Shown here: one piece after another, positions 23,411 through 35,290 of the stretch
Layout of the letters: every line of letters starts with the position of its first letter
Position numbering within the stretch: the stretch's first letter is position 1
Origin: Octopus bimaculoides
Taxonomy: Eukaryota
Direction of reading: 5' to 3'
Length of the DNA stretch: 64,000 nucleotides
Assembly (NCBI RefSeq): GCF_001194135.2
Contig: NC_068992.1
Location: 61,193,876 to 61,257,875 of the forward strand
Program-made: the position numbers and the translations under genes
Notes under the pieces: generated by a model
What the model saw: only the letters and a program-made list of their open reading frames with translations
Told to the model about the DNA's origin: nothing
Databases searched by the model: none

Positions 23411-26400
23411 ACCAATTGAATGAAAATTCAGTGCACTCTGACTATAGAAGGCCCCATGACAGTAGAAGCAGATCGTATGTAGCACTGGGAGAAGTGATGC
23501 CAGAGATCAAAAGTGTTAGGTTTTCACTGATGAATTTATTGCAAGACTGAGTGTAATGATGATATGCCTTGCTGTAGACCTGTCCAGTTCCTGATACAAT
23601 GGAACAGGGAGACAACAAATGATAAAATAAGGATGAAGATGATTGGGGTCAGTTGGATATTACTGTTTCCTTTCAGCTAAGACTCAAAATTGATCTTCAC
23701 ATATCTATGACTGTTAATGAAAGCTGTTGATAAGATTTTCTTCTGTATTCAAGTTACTTTTAATATTGACCTCTCCAAATATTAAATTATTATCACGGGT
23801 AGCTTTTCTCCAGATTGGCTTGTCTCATCCTTATTCTAAACCAGGTGTGGCTAACCTTTCTTGAGGATCAGGCTGCATGAGGCATGGCTCATCAGTTAAG
23901 CTGCATTACTAAAAAGATTGAAGGTAGTTTTTCATTAGTCTTGAGGCCTACAGTTTGCCCATGACTGCTTTATACTGTGTTGATTAGAGCCTTGCTTTTA
24001 AGCAAGACTTGGCAGTGTTTGGTTCATTCTCAAGGATCTCACCAGTTTGTATGTACATATCTTGCTTTATTATCCAAAACCTTTACCAGGATTTGATTGG
24101 TTGCTTGGTTTGGTGTTTTTGGTTATATAAATGATCACACAGATTAGAATACTTATTCATGGTAAACTAATAAGATTATTTTATGAGTTTGTTTGAGGAG
24201 GAAAACGGGGGCATCTACTGATTATTTTATGGTCTTCTAAATTGTGGGTTAGAGGTAACAAGGTGATTTTAAAGTGATTAACTTTAATTTTGAATATTTC
24301 AGGGAGAATATGTGAGCAGGAAAAATAAGCTCCATTGATACTGAATTATGAGAAAGAAAGTATTTAGCAAATAGTTTAAAACAAGATCTAGGATTGAAGA
24401 TTGGTATTTACAACATGCAGTAGAAGAGGCGGAGGAAAACCAATAGGCTTTATACAGCTAGCAATTGTGTAGAGGCATAGATCATTGAAACCATGATAGG
24501 GAAAACTGGATTAGATGAGATTAGCTTAGACAGCTCTACATGAAGTGGTTTATCATAGAATAATCGGCAAGTCAAAAAAAAAAAAAACTTCTCTAGCAGG
24601 CAGCTGGCTTTGTATTCTACTTTTTTCTTTCAATTTTCTTTTTCAATTTTTTTTTTTAATGGACAATTTAGAATGTGAATGTATGTATGCATGATGTATG
24701 CCTCATCCCAGAACTGAGGGAAGCACTGATGAGTAGAGACATATTTGAATTGCTAATCTTACTTTCTGTTGGTTTTATTTGTTAGTATAGTTAAAGATGC
24801 TTTGATTCCATCATCAGAATCTGATTTATATCTATCTGTCTTGCCAAAAATAATGCCATTTTTTTATCATTTTATAGAAACATTGAAGATAATATCTTGC
24901 TACTGCTACTGCTGCTATTAGCTTTCATATAATGCTGGTTAAGCTTTCAGTCCCTCAATAGTTTTCTTTTTCTTTTTTCTTTTTTTTTTATTATTAAACT
25001 TTGCATTATTCCTTATATATGACTTGTTACTATTGTTATTATTGCTTAGCGTGACAAAAAGTCCTCAGTCAGTCAAATTTGTGACTCAGTTTCAATACCT
25101 TGACAGAACTGTTTTCACTAATGCCCTCAAGAAAAGTGTGAGTGTCTCATCCCCACAAATTCCAACCAAAATCCAAAGGTTTATTTCTAAGAGAGAAATC
25201 ATTCATGTTCCATAAATAAAGACTATAAATTCTATTGCATGAATGCTATTTAAAATATTTTCAAATATATTCCAAAATCAGGACCTGCTTACACCACATG
25301 TATAATATAATATGAACTATTAAATTCACTGAAGGAAATTACTGAGCTTAATAATGGTCTAACTTCTGTTAGTGAGTTCGAAAAATCTTTAGCACGTGTT
25401 TGAAAATCTTTAGTACTACAGTAAACTCCATTCTGTCTTGCACCACAGTTTTCTGGATATCTGATTCATATTTTTTAAATTACCATAACACGTTACAAAA
25501 TTCTTAAAACTCTCCCTATATATTAGTATAATCAATAATATTCTGAATATATTAGAAATGAGGGAAATAAGAAAAAAATAAAAGAATAATTTACATGAAG
25601 AACAAGTTTTATTAACATAATAAAATACAGGAACTGTAAATGCTGTAAAATAAAATATTATACTTTGAGATACAAAAGGGCCATTTTAGGAACTGTCAGC
25701 AAAGTATCTTTCCTTTAACAACACTTATTACAAATTCCCTTGACTCTAATTTAACAACCCATTTTTCTTTTATTATTTTTCCTGGATGCCAGTTGGTTGT
25801 GGGTTTTGGTTATTTGAGTCCCAGATAAGAGAATGTTTACTTTATATTAGTAAGACTGTGAGTACTGGATAGAACCATCTGAGCATTGGGTAGGTTGTCT
25901 TGAAGTTTTCGTTCCAATTCATTGTACTCTGAAATAAACTTTGTTTTTCATCCTGTAAGGGTTGGTAAATAACATACCAGACCAGAACTAGGACTGATTC
26001 TTCTCCCTATCTCTTTGTGAAAATATGGGCTCCCCCTGGTTTAAATAGCCAAAAAAAATCACATCAAGTATGATAACATGACTTACAATGCATAGAAGAA
26101 ACAGCTTGACTCAGAACACAAAACAAGTTTAGTGCTTTTCTTATATTTCTGTTGAAATTCACAGCCTTTGTATCAATTAATTTTGAAAATAATGAAAATT
26201 TTAGGGAGGTAACTTTAACATTATTAAGCTGGTATTTTGAACATGAATTAAAATGTTTTGATTGAAGGTTTTTAATTTAAATCATTTTAAAACAGGAAGT
26301 TTGTATTAGAGAACCAGGGGTGGTTTCAGGCGTGTTGGTATCAAAAGGGTTGATGATTGCCTACTAAAGGACTGTATCGTTTGTAATTGCAATAAAGAAA

Positions 26401-26489
26401 ATACCTTCTATGATTTATATACTTGTATTATGTCAAAATAAAAGTGACATGTTCGCTGTGGCAAATGAAGAAATTTATTATTATTATTA

Positions 26490-26840
26490 AGGTGGCAAGC
26501 TGACAGAATTATTAGTCCCCTCCCCACAAATCTGAGGCCTTGTGCCTCCAGTAGAAAGGATTATTATAATTATTAAGGTGGTGAGCTGGAAAAATTGTTA
26601 GCACATTGGACAAAATACTTAGTGGTATTTCTTCTGGCTCTTTATGCTTTGAGTTCAAATTCTGCTGAGGTTGATTTTGTCCTACATCCTTTCATATCCC
26701 ATTGCAGTCAATTTTGCCTTTCATCCTTTTGGGATCAAAAACAAAAAATGTACCAATTCAGTGGGCAGTAACTACTAGAAGTGTAAAATTGGCAAAGTGC
26801 CTTGTGGTATTTGTGTTCTCAGTTCAAATCCCACATAGCC
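26490..26840 (+). mobile_element. Family-B SINEs (tRNA head plus gcctttcatcctttcggggtcgataaaataagtacc core); further + copies about 27715, 32935, 33110, 33950, 36930, 37165, 48490, 53420, 62925
   Basis: ggtggcaagctgacagaat / gagttcaaattctgctgaggttg; flanked by (TTA)n. Confidence 0.8.
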
Positions 26841-27877
26841 TACTTAGGTGGTAGATTTAAGCTATCATCTCATTTAACAGCACCACCTAGCATTTTTGGT
26901 ACTTTTAGCAGACTTTGGTTTCTGGCAAGTATTTGAGTCAGGTTTCCGGTTCGAGGATCTTCTTTCTCTCCCTTGGAGGCTCTGTAAAGGGTTGCAACTA
27001 CTGCCTTTTTAACACTAAAGGATAAAGAAAAATACAAAGGTCATCATTAAATTAATTGGAGTTAATTAAAGTCTACCAGACTACAATACACCTCTTGCAA
27101 TTCATAACCATCTTTGTATTATATCGACGAAAACCTCTTTTCAAGAATGACAATGCTTATTTTTGGCTAGCTTATTGCAGTATTTCTTCATAAATCCCAT
27201 GTTTAAAGTAATTACATACATATGTATATATATTTTGCTCTTAAAAAAAAAAAGAAAGAGCTAAGGAAAGGCTTTGCATTTAATTATTCATACATTTATT
27301 TACTATCTTTAATTTGAAACTCTGTAAAATTTTGCCTGAATGTGCTTCTGCTGTATATATGTGTACATGCATGGATGAAAATCTACTGTAAGAATTCTTC
27401 ATTACTGTGATTATGTTTCCACTTGCAGACTGTATGATGTCATTCCATTATTATCATTATTATTATTATTATCATCATATCATCGATTTTATTGTAATTT
27501 TTTTTTTCATATTGTTATTGTTTTGTTCTACATGAGCTGTTCCAAGTCTTACTCAGAGACCTCAAGTAACAGCAAGCTGGTTGTTTTACTCTAGGTGTAA
27601 TTTATGATCAGGAATGATGATTGTTGGGAAAGAAGACCAGAATCTGAGAACTAAGATTTTGTTAAATATGTAGTATTTATTTATTTATTTATTATTATTA
27701 TTATTATTAGGACAAAATACTTAACGGATTTGAAATTCCATTGAGGTCAACTTTGCCTTTCACCTTTTTGGGTAATAAAATAAGTACTGTTTGAGCACTG
27801 GAGTTGATCTAATTGAGTTCCTTATCCCTCAAAACTGCTGGCCTGGTACCAAAATAAGAAAGGATTGTTATTATTAT

Positions 27878-28345
27878 TACTGAGTGAGCGAACAGTGCAT
27901 GCCATCAAAGTGACACTGGGGTAAAATATATGAAGCCCAGTATACCCATCTGATAAGGGTGCACCAGGCACATGCATCACAACCATATGTGCATGACATG
28001 GTGGTCTCATATCACCTTGCAGGTGGGGCCCAGTTAGAATTTTCTTCAGATCAAGTAGCCCATCCTGCTCAAAAGGTCCCTGAACAAGAGTTGTTTAAGG
28101 ATGTTGAACGAAACCTCCATGTTTCCAAAGGTGAATTATCCAAACCCCACAAAATTCCTCTCAACACATAGCTATGATGCTTCCTTACTACTTCTGCTCA
28201 TGATCAGATGCACATCATCAGCCACCAAGGGACATACTCCACTGGTTAATGTCAAACAACTGACAAGTAAATCTGTGGTATTGAGTAGAATATTTGCTGT
28301 AGCCCATCTTTTATACAAAAACAAAACAATGTACATGATAACACT
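27878..28345. mobile_element. Unclassified (TTA)n-associated interspersed repeat; second copy 36600-36925
   Basis: gagtgagcgaacagtgcatgccatcaaagtgacactggggtaaaatatatgaagcccag..gcaggtggggcccagttagaattttcttcag shared by both copies. Confidence 0.75.
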
Positions 28346-29029
28346 TTAGGACATTTATTAATATTATGTTTTGGATTTGCTTTAATTTGTGAGTTGCACT
28401 GAAGTCTCAGCTAGAGACATCAAGGGACAACAAAGTTTTGCATCTGAATATTATTATTATGATGTTTGGAACATTGTAAATTGATGTAGATGGCAGTTAT
28501 ATAAAACATTGTATAGACATTGTGATACCAGCAGCTTATAACCTTGTGACATGATGTTATATTGTAATGATATATCATTGTGATATAACATTGTCATGCT
28601 ATTGTCATATATTATTATATTGCATTAATATGGCATTATGTTACAATGTAACATTATACATGTTGTAAGTATGTATTTTTGAGATTAGAACTGGTATGTT
28701 GTATGCGTATATAAGAAAGAAATGGAAATTCTATGATTCAAGAAAATTTGTGACAGTAATGGTCGTCTGTAACTGCAAAAATCAATTCTCCAGGGAAAGA
28801 GAGTTCTGACATTGGGAATTGTTTCATAAACTATGATATTGTATGATGGTAAATGTAATATAGGGTATATATGCAAGGGAAAATTTAGTAGGGAAAACAT
28901 ATTGTAAAATTATATTTTTGCCTCAATAATTGTATGTGATTAATATGAATTAATGAAAATGATATTAAGCATTATAAGCAACAATTTGAGACAGAGAAGA
29001 TAAAGATCCAACCAGTCTTACATATATAT

Positions 29030-29515
29030 ACTTACTTAAGCCCTTTGTTCCCTGTGAAGCATAAGCCACGGATGACTTTTCTCCACTGTTCTTGACCATC
29101 AGCTGTCTTTTCTGCTTCTCTGAAGCTAGATCCCTGCTTTTTCAATTCTGCTATAGTATCCTACTTTCAGCTACTGTTGGTGTGACCGCTCTTCCACCTT
29201 TTATAGGTTCCAGGTCAGGGCCTGACGTGTATTGGAGGATGTTGTGTTCCTTTAAAATTTAACGGCACTTCATCAAATGTTTCCCCGAGGAAAAGCCTTA
29301 CTCTCCCAGGTTTTGTTAGTTTTGAATTGTCATTGATATTTCTGTATAACTTTGCTTTTTCTGTGTAGGAGTATTTGCCCTACACAGACCATTTTTTGTT
29401 CTTTTTTTTTTTTTACCTCTGGCCTCTATCTCTTGACTTGTCCAGCATGGGAGGTTTACACTCTGCTGGCATAGCTATCAGGCTCATTGAGGCATACAAG
29501 CCATTACATCACAAC
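29030..29515 (-). mobile_element. Bipartite RTE derivative (5' module fused to extreme 3' end), copy 1
   Basis: rc 3' part reads TRQALTWN..AELKKQGSSFREAEKTADGQEQWRKVIRGLCFTGNKGLK*; 5' module homologous to 46050-46255. Confidence 0.65.
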
Positions 29516-30651
29516 ACAGACTAGACTCTGTGCTGGTACCTTTACAACATGACCGAGAAATTATCTTGTGGAGATAACCAAATAGCAGAAATAATTTATA
29601 GTATCTAAAACTGAGAAGAGTAATCAGTAGGCATACTTTAGTGTAACTGGCAATATTGTTCAAGCATTGTCGGTGATCTTATTCCATTCTACCAGCAAAA
29701 TGGTGTTTATTATACCCTGTATCATTTTCATTAAAAGTGTAATAGTAAATTCATAATTTAATCCATGAAGGTGGATATTTTTTCTTGTTGCAAACCTTAA
29801 ACTAAGGTGGAATTTCTTGTTAGGCTACACATTTACTGAATTACCTATCCTACTAGTGCTAAGTGACTGATGATTTATCTTCTGGAGATAAAATAAAATT
29901 AAGTTATAGAGTTACAGTGGCTTAAAGAACATATGCTACTTAACTGAAGAAGATAGAATGATAAGCCTTTGCTAACCCTAATGTTTGGCAAGTGAAGCAT
30001 TAAGTTCAAGCCCCATCAGTGTTTTTTGTGTCTGACATTGATGCTCATAATGCCTAATATCACATTATCCCTCACCACTTCTGAATTCAATGCAAGCAAG
30101 CAATATTTGTAAATGGTTGAATGATTTGTACAATATCCAATGTGTGTAAATCATATTGAAGAAGTTAGGACCATTCTCTAGAATAGCATATATATATGTT
30201 CAATAATATGCAACTATATTTCATCATATTTCATGAATTTTGTTGGACGAATATCAGTTTTTTTATCTTAATACTTTTGCCTACATTATGCCTACATTAT
30301 GGAAATACACTGCAATATTTGTATTATTGCCTCTTTTTCTTTGTGATATTTACATGAGAAAAAAAAAATATCAACAACCCCATACTATGATTTTATTGTT
30401 TTCTTTCATGTCTTCTTTTCTGTATGTAACCAAGGTGTTTGATAAATTTCTATTCTGTATACTATTTAACTTTATCACCATTAAATACCTCAGTGTGTTA
30501 CATCAGGGGTCCCCAATCACCAAACCTTGAACCAGTACCAGGCTGTGGATCATCTGGTACCAAACCACACAGAAAGAATAAATGTTAAAATTCTATTTCT
30601 ATTTTATTCTTTATCATTACCCGCAAGGTCTTTTTACATTATATTATTATA

Positions 30652-30868
30652 CAAAGGGCTGCTGAAAAGTTCCTGGCTTTGGGTAAAAGGAAGCACAGGA
30701 GGATCAGTTAATTATGATTTTATTGAACATATTCCCCTCTCAGATTCACACACTTATCGCAGCTGTCCTTCAGTTTTCCTAAGCCTTGTAAAAGAGCTCA
30801 GAAGGTTGGGTCTCCAACCAGGCTTTTTGTGATACCCTTAAAGCCAGGAACTTTTCAGCTTCCACTTG
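30652..30868. mobile_element. Mariner-type MITE, 217 bp, TA target duplication
   Basis: TA-caaagggctgctgaaaagttcctggcttt ... aaagccaggaacttttcagcttccacttg-TA. Confidence 0.85.
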
Positions 30869-30912
30869 TATGTATGTAATTATTAAATTACATATGTAAT
30901 AATTAAATTATT

Positions 30913-31302
30913 GAAGAAGGGCAAAAAAGGGATAATAGGAAAGCTTCTGACAATGCAGAAAGTTTCCCAACACCTTCATATTTCTGGTGCAAAGGCTCAT
31001 CCTCAGAAAGAAAAACGGTCTGGGAAATGTCTAGTTATACAAATTCCGTTAATCCATTCTAAATCCTCAGCATTATGTTAGCAACAGCACTCTCCAAATT
31101 ACACCAATATTTGGAGATTGACTGTTGCTGCTAATATAATGCTGAGGGGTCTGAATGGGTAAACAGAACCTGTATAACTAAACATTTCCCAGACAGTTTT
31201 TTTTCTTCCGAGAATGGGGTCTTTGCACCTGGAATATAAAGGTTTTGTGAAACTTCTTGTATTGTCGGAAGCTTTCCTATTTACCCTTTTTTTCCCTTCT
31301 TT
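30913..31302. repeat. About 390-bp foldback (two ~190-bp inverted arms, ~10-nt loop)
   Basis: aagaagggcaaaaaagggataataggaaagcttctgacaat..ctccaaa versus tttggag..attgtcggaagctttcctatttacccttttttcccttctt. Confidence 0.85.
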
Positions 31303-31848
31303 GATATTACAATGCTTCAAGCAAACTACAATGCTTTTAATAAAATTATGTTATTGTGTTTTGTTATGTGTGTGACCCTCTGGTTCATGGAAAAATTCTC
31401 TTTTATGAAATTGGTTCATGATGCAAAAACGTTTGAGGACCCCTGCTTTCATGATATTCACTTTCAAAATGTACACAGAGAAAGGATATAGGGATATCAT
31501 CTATTGTTTCTTTTACTTCAGATCATATTGCCATTAATATGAAATCCATATGTATACATGTATTTGTGTGTATTATTGTATGAATCAAATTCTTCAGTTT
31601 AGGTAAATTCACATAACACAGAGGAAAAAGGACTTCAGTGTTTTGGGACTGACCTTTCAACTGAGAGGAACAAAGAGGTGTCCCAAAATGCTAGATTGCT
31701 TTCTGCCTTTATGGTATATGAATTTATGCAAATTTTGAATATCACTATATAAGTTTTATCAATTCAAGTTACTGCCTGTTTACTAGTAATCTTTTTCTTT
31801 GTACATACACATCTATCTAGCTATCTCTTCATTCATTTGACTTAAAGC

Positions 31849-31885
<37 letters not shown>

Positions 31886-31944
31886 GAATGTGTGTGTGTA
31901 TATATATGTCTGTGTGTGTGTGTGTGTATATATATACGTGTGTG

Positions 31945-31981
<37 letters not shown>

Positions 31982-32502
31982 NNNNNNNNNNNNNNNNNNN
32001 NNNNNNNNNNNNNNNNNNNNNNNNNNNNNNNNNNNNNNNNNNNNNNNNNNNNNNNNNNNNNNNNNNNNNNNNNNNNNNNNNNNNNNNNNNNNNNACACAC
32101 ACACACACACACACACATGCACACACACTTATTACCATTTTTTTTATTCATTCATCATTTTCACTAATACTTTCAACATTTCAGATATTTCACAGTCTCT
32201 CATCGAATCACAAATTCTGTTGTATTTCATCACATTATTTTATAAAAAAAAAAAAAAAAAAAAAATGATTGGATGCAAATATTTTAACCATTTTTATTCT
32301 CATCAGCCATAATCTTTATCACTCCATGATAAAACAACCATGTGTTCACTCTGCCAGAAAAATAAAATAAAATGCACTAATTCAGAGATTTATCAAGTGA
32401 GCCATTTTTTTATAAACCAATAAACCCCAATCTCTGCTAATAATGAAGTTATTTCTACATGTTTAATCTTGACCTTCTTTATTTTTGTTCTTCTTTCTTC
32501 AG

Positions 32503-32523
32503 GATGAGGAAATCCCAAAGAAG
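32503..32523 (+). CDS. FRMD5: 21-nt in-frame microexon of the FRMD5-like gene (DEEIPKK)
   Basis: Long pyrimidine tract ending ttctttcttcag, exon gatgaggaaatcccaaagaag, donor AAG/gtgagt; phase 0-0 fits between ...NTAE and KQQP... Confidence 0.72.
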
Positions 32524-34289
32524 GTGAGTCAAGTGTGTTGCTCCTTGCTTTTACAAGGGCAATGAGGAGTGGTGCTGTGCTCTCTCTCTGCATATTTCTG
32601 TTTAACTGTTCACCATTCTCCCCCATTGTTTGATTTTGTCAAACCCACTAATAAAGTTAAGCTTTCAAATACATCCAGCAGTTATTTTTTTGTGTGTTAT
32701 ATGGGCATGGTGGTTCCAGACAAAAAAAAAAAAAAAANNNNNNNNNNAAAAAAAAAAAAAAAAATTTTCTTTTGTCTTTATTCATTATTCAGTGAGTGTA
32801 TGTAATTCATCATATTAATAGATATGATTGTTAGAAAGGTTAATACTGTCCTTTCTGATTGTACTCTTCTACTGAAATGAAAATTTTGCAATCACTTTCT
32901 CAGAATTATTATTAGTATTATTATTTTTAAACCGGTAAGCTGGAAGAATTGTTAGCATGCCGGGTGAAACACTTTGTGGCACTTAGTTTGTCTTTACATT
33001 CTGAGTTCAAATTCTGCCGAGGGGGTTGATGTAATCAACTTAGCCCCCGCCCCAAAATTTCAGGCCTTGTGCCTATAGTAGAAAGGATTATTATGGTGGT
33101 AGTGAGCTGGCAGAACTATTAGTATGCTGGACAAATTGGTGAGCGATATTTTGTTTGTCTTTATCTGTCTTTACTTTCTGATTTTTAAGCCCACCATGGT
33201 TGACTTTGCCTTTCATCCTTTTGGGGTCAAAGAAAATCAAACACTAGGGTCGGTGTAATCGACTATATCCCCACCCCCAAAATTTCAGGCCTTGTGCCTT
33301 TAGTAGAAAGGGTTATTATTATTATTATCATTTTTTAGGGGGATTGGTTTCAGTGTGGGTTGTTTTGTAATTTTTCTTTCCTAGCCCAAAGGATTAATTT
33401 TTCGTTATATTATTGCATAGGCCCTTCATTTTGCTTACAAACCTGTTTCATTAACAGACAAGTTTATACACTTTATTGCTTTTCCAAGCAAAAACACACA
33501 GCTACAAATACACACAAACACACATGCATACATACACGCACATAATATACCTATGTGTATATACGCATACACTGCTTGCTTCTTCAGCTTTGATGATAAA
33601 TAAGCTTACTATTTGATAATGCAAATTTCTTATTTGGTCTATCTATGGTGCTATGTTACATTTCTGGCTATTTACCATTTTTATTATCTATTACAATGCC
33701 ATTTTAACATGGTTCAGTGCTTTGCAGTGTTTAGTTTATTTCTCATGTGTTATGAATTCATATTTCATCAGAAATTGTCTTTGCCTTTCATTGGTTCACA
33801 GTGTAAAAAAAAAAATAAAGGTTAATTAGATAAGTACAAGTAACATCTGCATTATTTTAAATACTAACCAAGCCCAAGTGTTAGTTAAGTACCCACTGAC
33901 TATCTTCTGACACCAAATACTTCCATTATATATACCAATGAAGACAGTGGATTGCTAGAATCATTGGAGAAAATGTCTTGATGTAATTCTTCTGACTTTT
34001 TATATTCTGAGTTCAAATTCCACCAGGGTCAACTTTGCCTATCATCCTTTTGGGTTTCATAAAATAAAGTAGCAGTCATATACTGGGATTGACGGTAACA
34101 ACCAAGCTTCTGTTGAAACTGCTAAACTTGTCCATAAATTGGGAATTATTGTATGTACCAATGTTTCTCATATTTGTTAAGAAAAAATATAACACAGGCA
34201 TACATATGTACATACATATAGAGATAAGCAGAGAGCTAGATAAAAAGTTAGCTGTCACCCAGGAATGAGTATGGCTTGGTAGGATGTAC

Positions 34290-34515
34290 CATCATCATCA
34301 TCATCATCATCATCGTTTAACGTCCGCTTTCCATGCTAGCATGGGTTGGACGATTTGACTGAGGACTGGTGAAACCGGATGGCAACACCAGGCTCCAGTC
34401 TGATTTGGCAGAGTTTCTACAGCTGGATGCCCTTCCTAACGCCAACCACTCAGAGAGTGTAGTGGGTGCTTTTACGTGTCACCCGCACGAAAACGGCCAC
34501 GCTCGAAATGGTGTC
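34290..34515 (-). mobile_element. Young RTE-tail SINE (reverse of 1-288), cut by assembly gap
   Basis: Near-exact reverse complement of the window start. Confidence 0.9.
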
Positions 34516-35121
34516 NNNNNNNNNNNNNNNNNNNNNNNNNNNNNNNNNNNNNNNNNNNNNNNNNNNNNNNNNNNNNNNNNNNNNNNNNNNNNNNNNNNNN
34601 NNNNNNNNNNNNNNNNNNNNNNNNNNNNNNNNNNNNNNNNNNNNNNNNNNNNNNNNNNNNNNNNNNNNNNNNNNNNNNNNNNNNNNNNNNNNNNNNNNNN
34701 NNNNNNNNNNNNNNNNNNNNNNNNNNNNNNNNNNNNNNNNNNNNNNNNNNNNNNNNNNNNNNNNNNNNNNNNNNNNNNNNNNNNNNNNNNNNNNNNNNNN
34801 NNNNNNNNNNNNNNNNNNNNNNNNNNNNNNNNNNNNNNNNNNNNNNNNNNNNNNNNNNNNNNNNNNNNNNNNNNNNNNNNNNNNNNNNNNNNNNNNNNNN
34901 NNNNNNNNNNNNNNNNNNNNNNNNNNNNNNNNNNNNNNNNNNNNNNNNNNNNNNNNNNNNNNNNNNNNNNNNNNNNNNNNNNNNNNNNNNNNNNNNNNNN
35001 NNNNNNNNNNNNNNNNNNNNNNNNNNNNNNNNNNNNNNNNNNNNNNNNNNNNNNNNNNNNNNNNNNNNNNNNNNNNNNNNNNNNNNNNNNNNNNNNNNNN
35101 NNNNNNNNNNNNNNNNNNNNN
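34516..35121. other. Assembly gap (largest); others 2804-2813, 5049-5257, 21062-21419, 31982-32094, 32738-32747
   Basis: N runs, mostly bordered by microsatellites or young repeats. Confidence 0.98.
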
Positions 35122-35247
35122 AATATAACAAAAGACTGTTACTCGGAGTTTCCCGTTCATCGGACAGTTTTGTTAGATGTCCGATGAACGGGAACGTGAA
35201 ACTCTGAGTAACAGTCTTTTGTTATACTTCTGCTGCTTTTAAATAAA

Positions 35248-35255
<8 letters not shown>
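35122..35255. mobile_element. Inverted Penelope-type pLTR junction
   Basis: Arms 35124-35166 and 35178-35226 are reverse complements except a 6-nt indel and one substitution; followed by aataaag and (TA)n. Confidence 0.6.
35178..35213 (+). ncRNA. Minimal hammerhead-like motif with variant core (CCGAUGA)
   Basis: tgt-CCGATGA-acg-ggaa-cgt-GAAAC-tc-t-ga-GTA-aca: stem I tgt/aca, stem II acg/cgt with tetraloop, stem III actc/gagt. Confidence 0.6.

Positions 35256-35290
<35 letters not shown>

Larger units (their letters stand above)
30504..31445. mobile_element. hAT-Charlie (MER1-like) non-autonomous element containing nested insertions
   Basis: Ends caggggtccccaat.. and ..tttgaggacccctg (TIR); subterminal ggaaaaattctcttttatgaaattggttcatgatgcaaaaac. 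Confidence 0.7.

Noticed and set aside
24303-24311. Possible 9-nt microexon GGAGAATAT (tttcag / gtgagc)
   Set aside because: Weak pyrimidine tract and donor, no independent support
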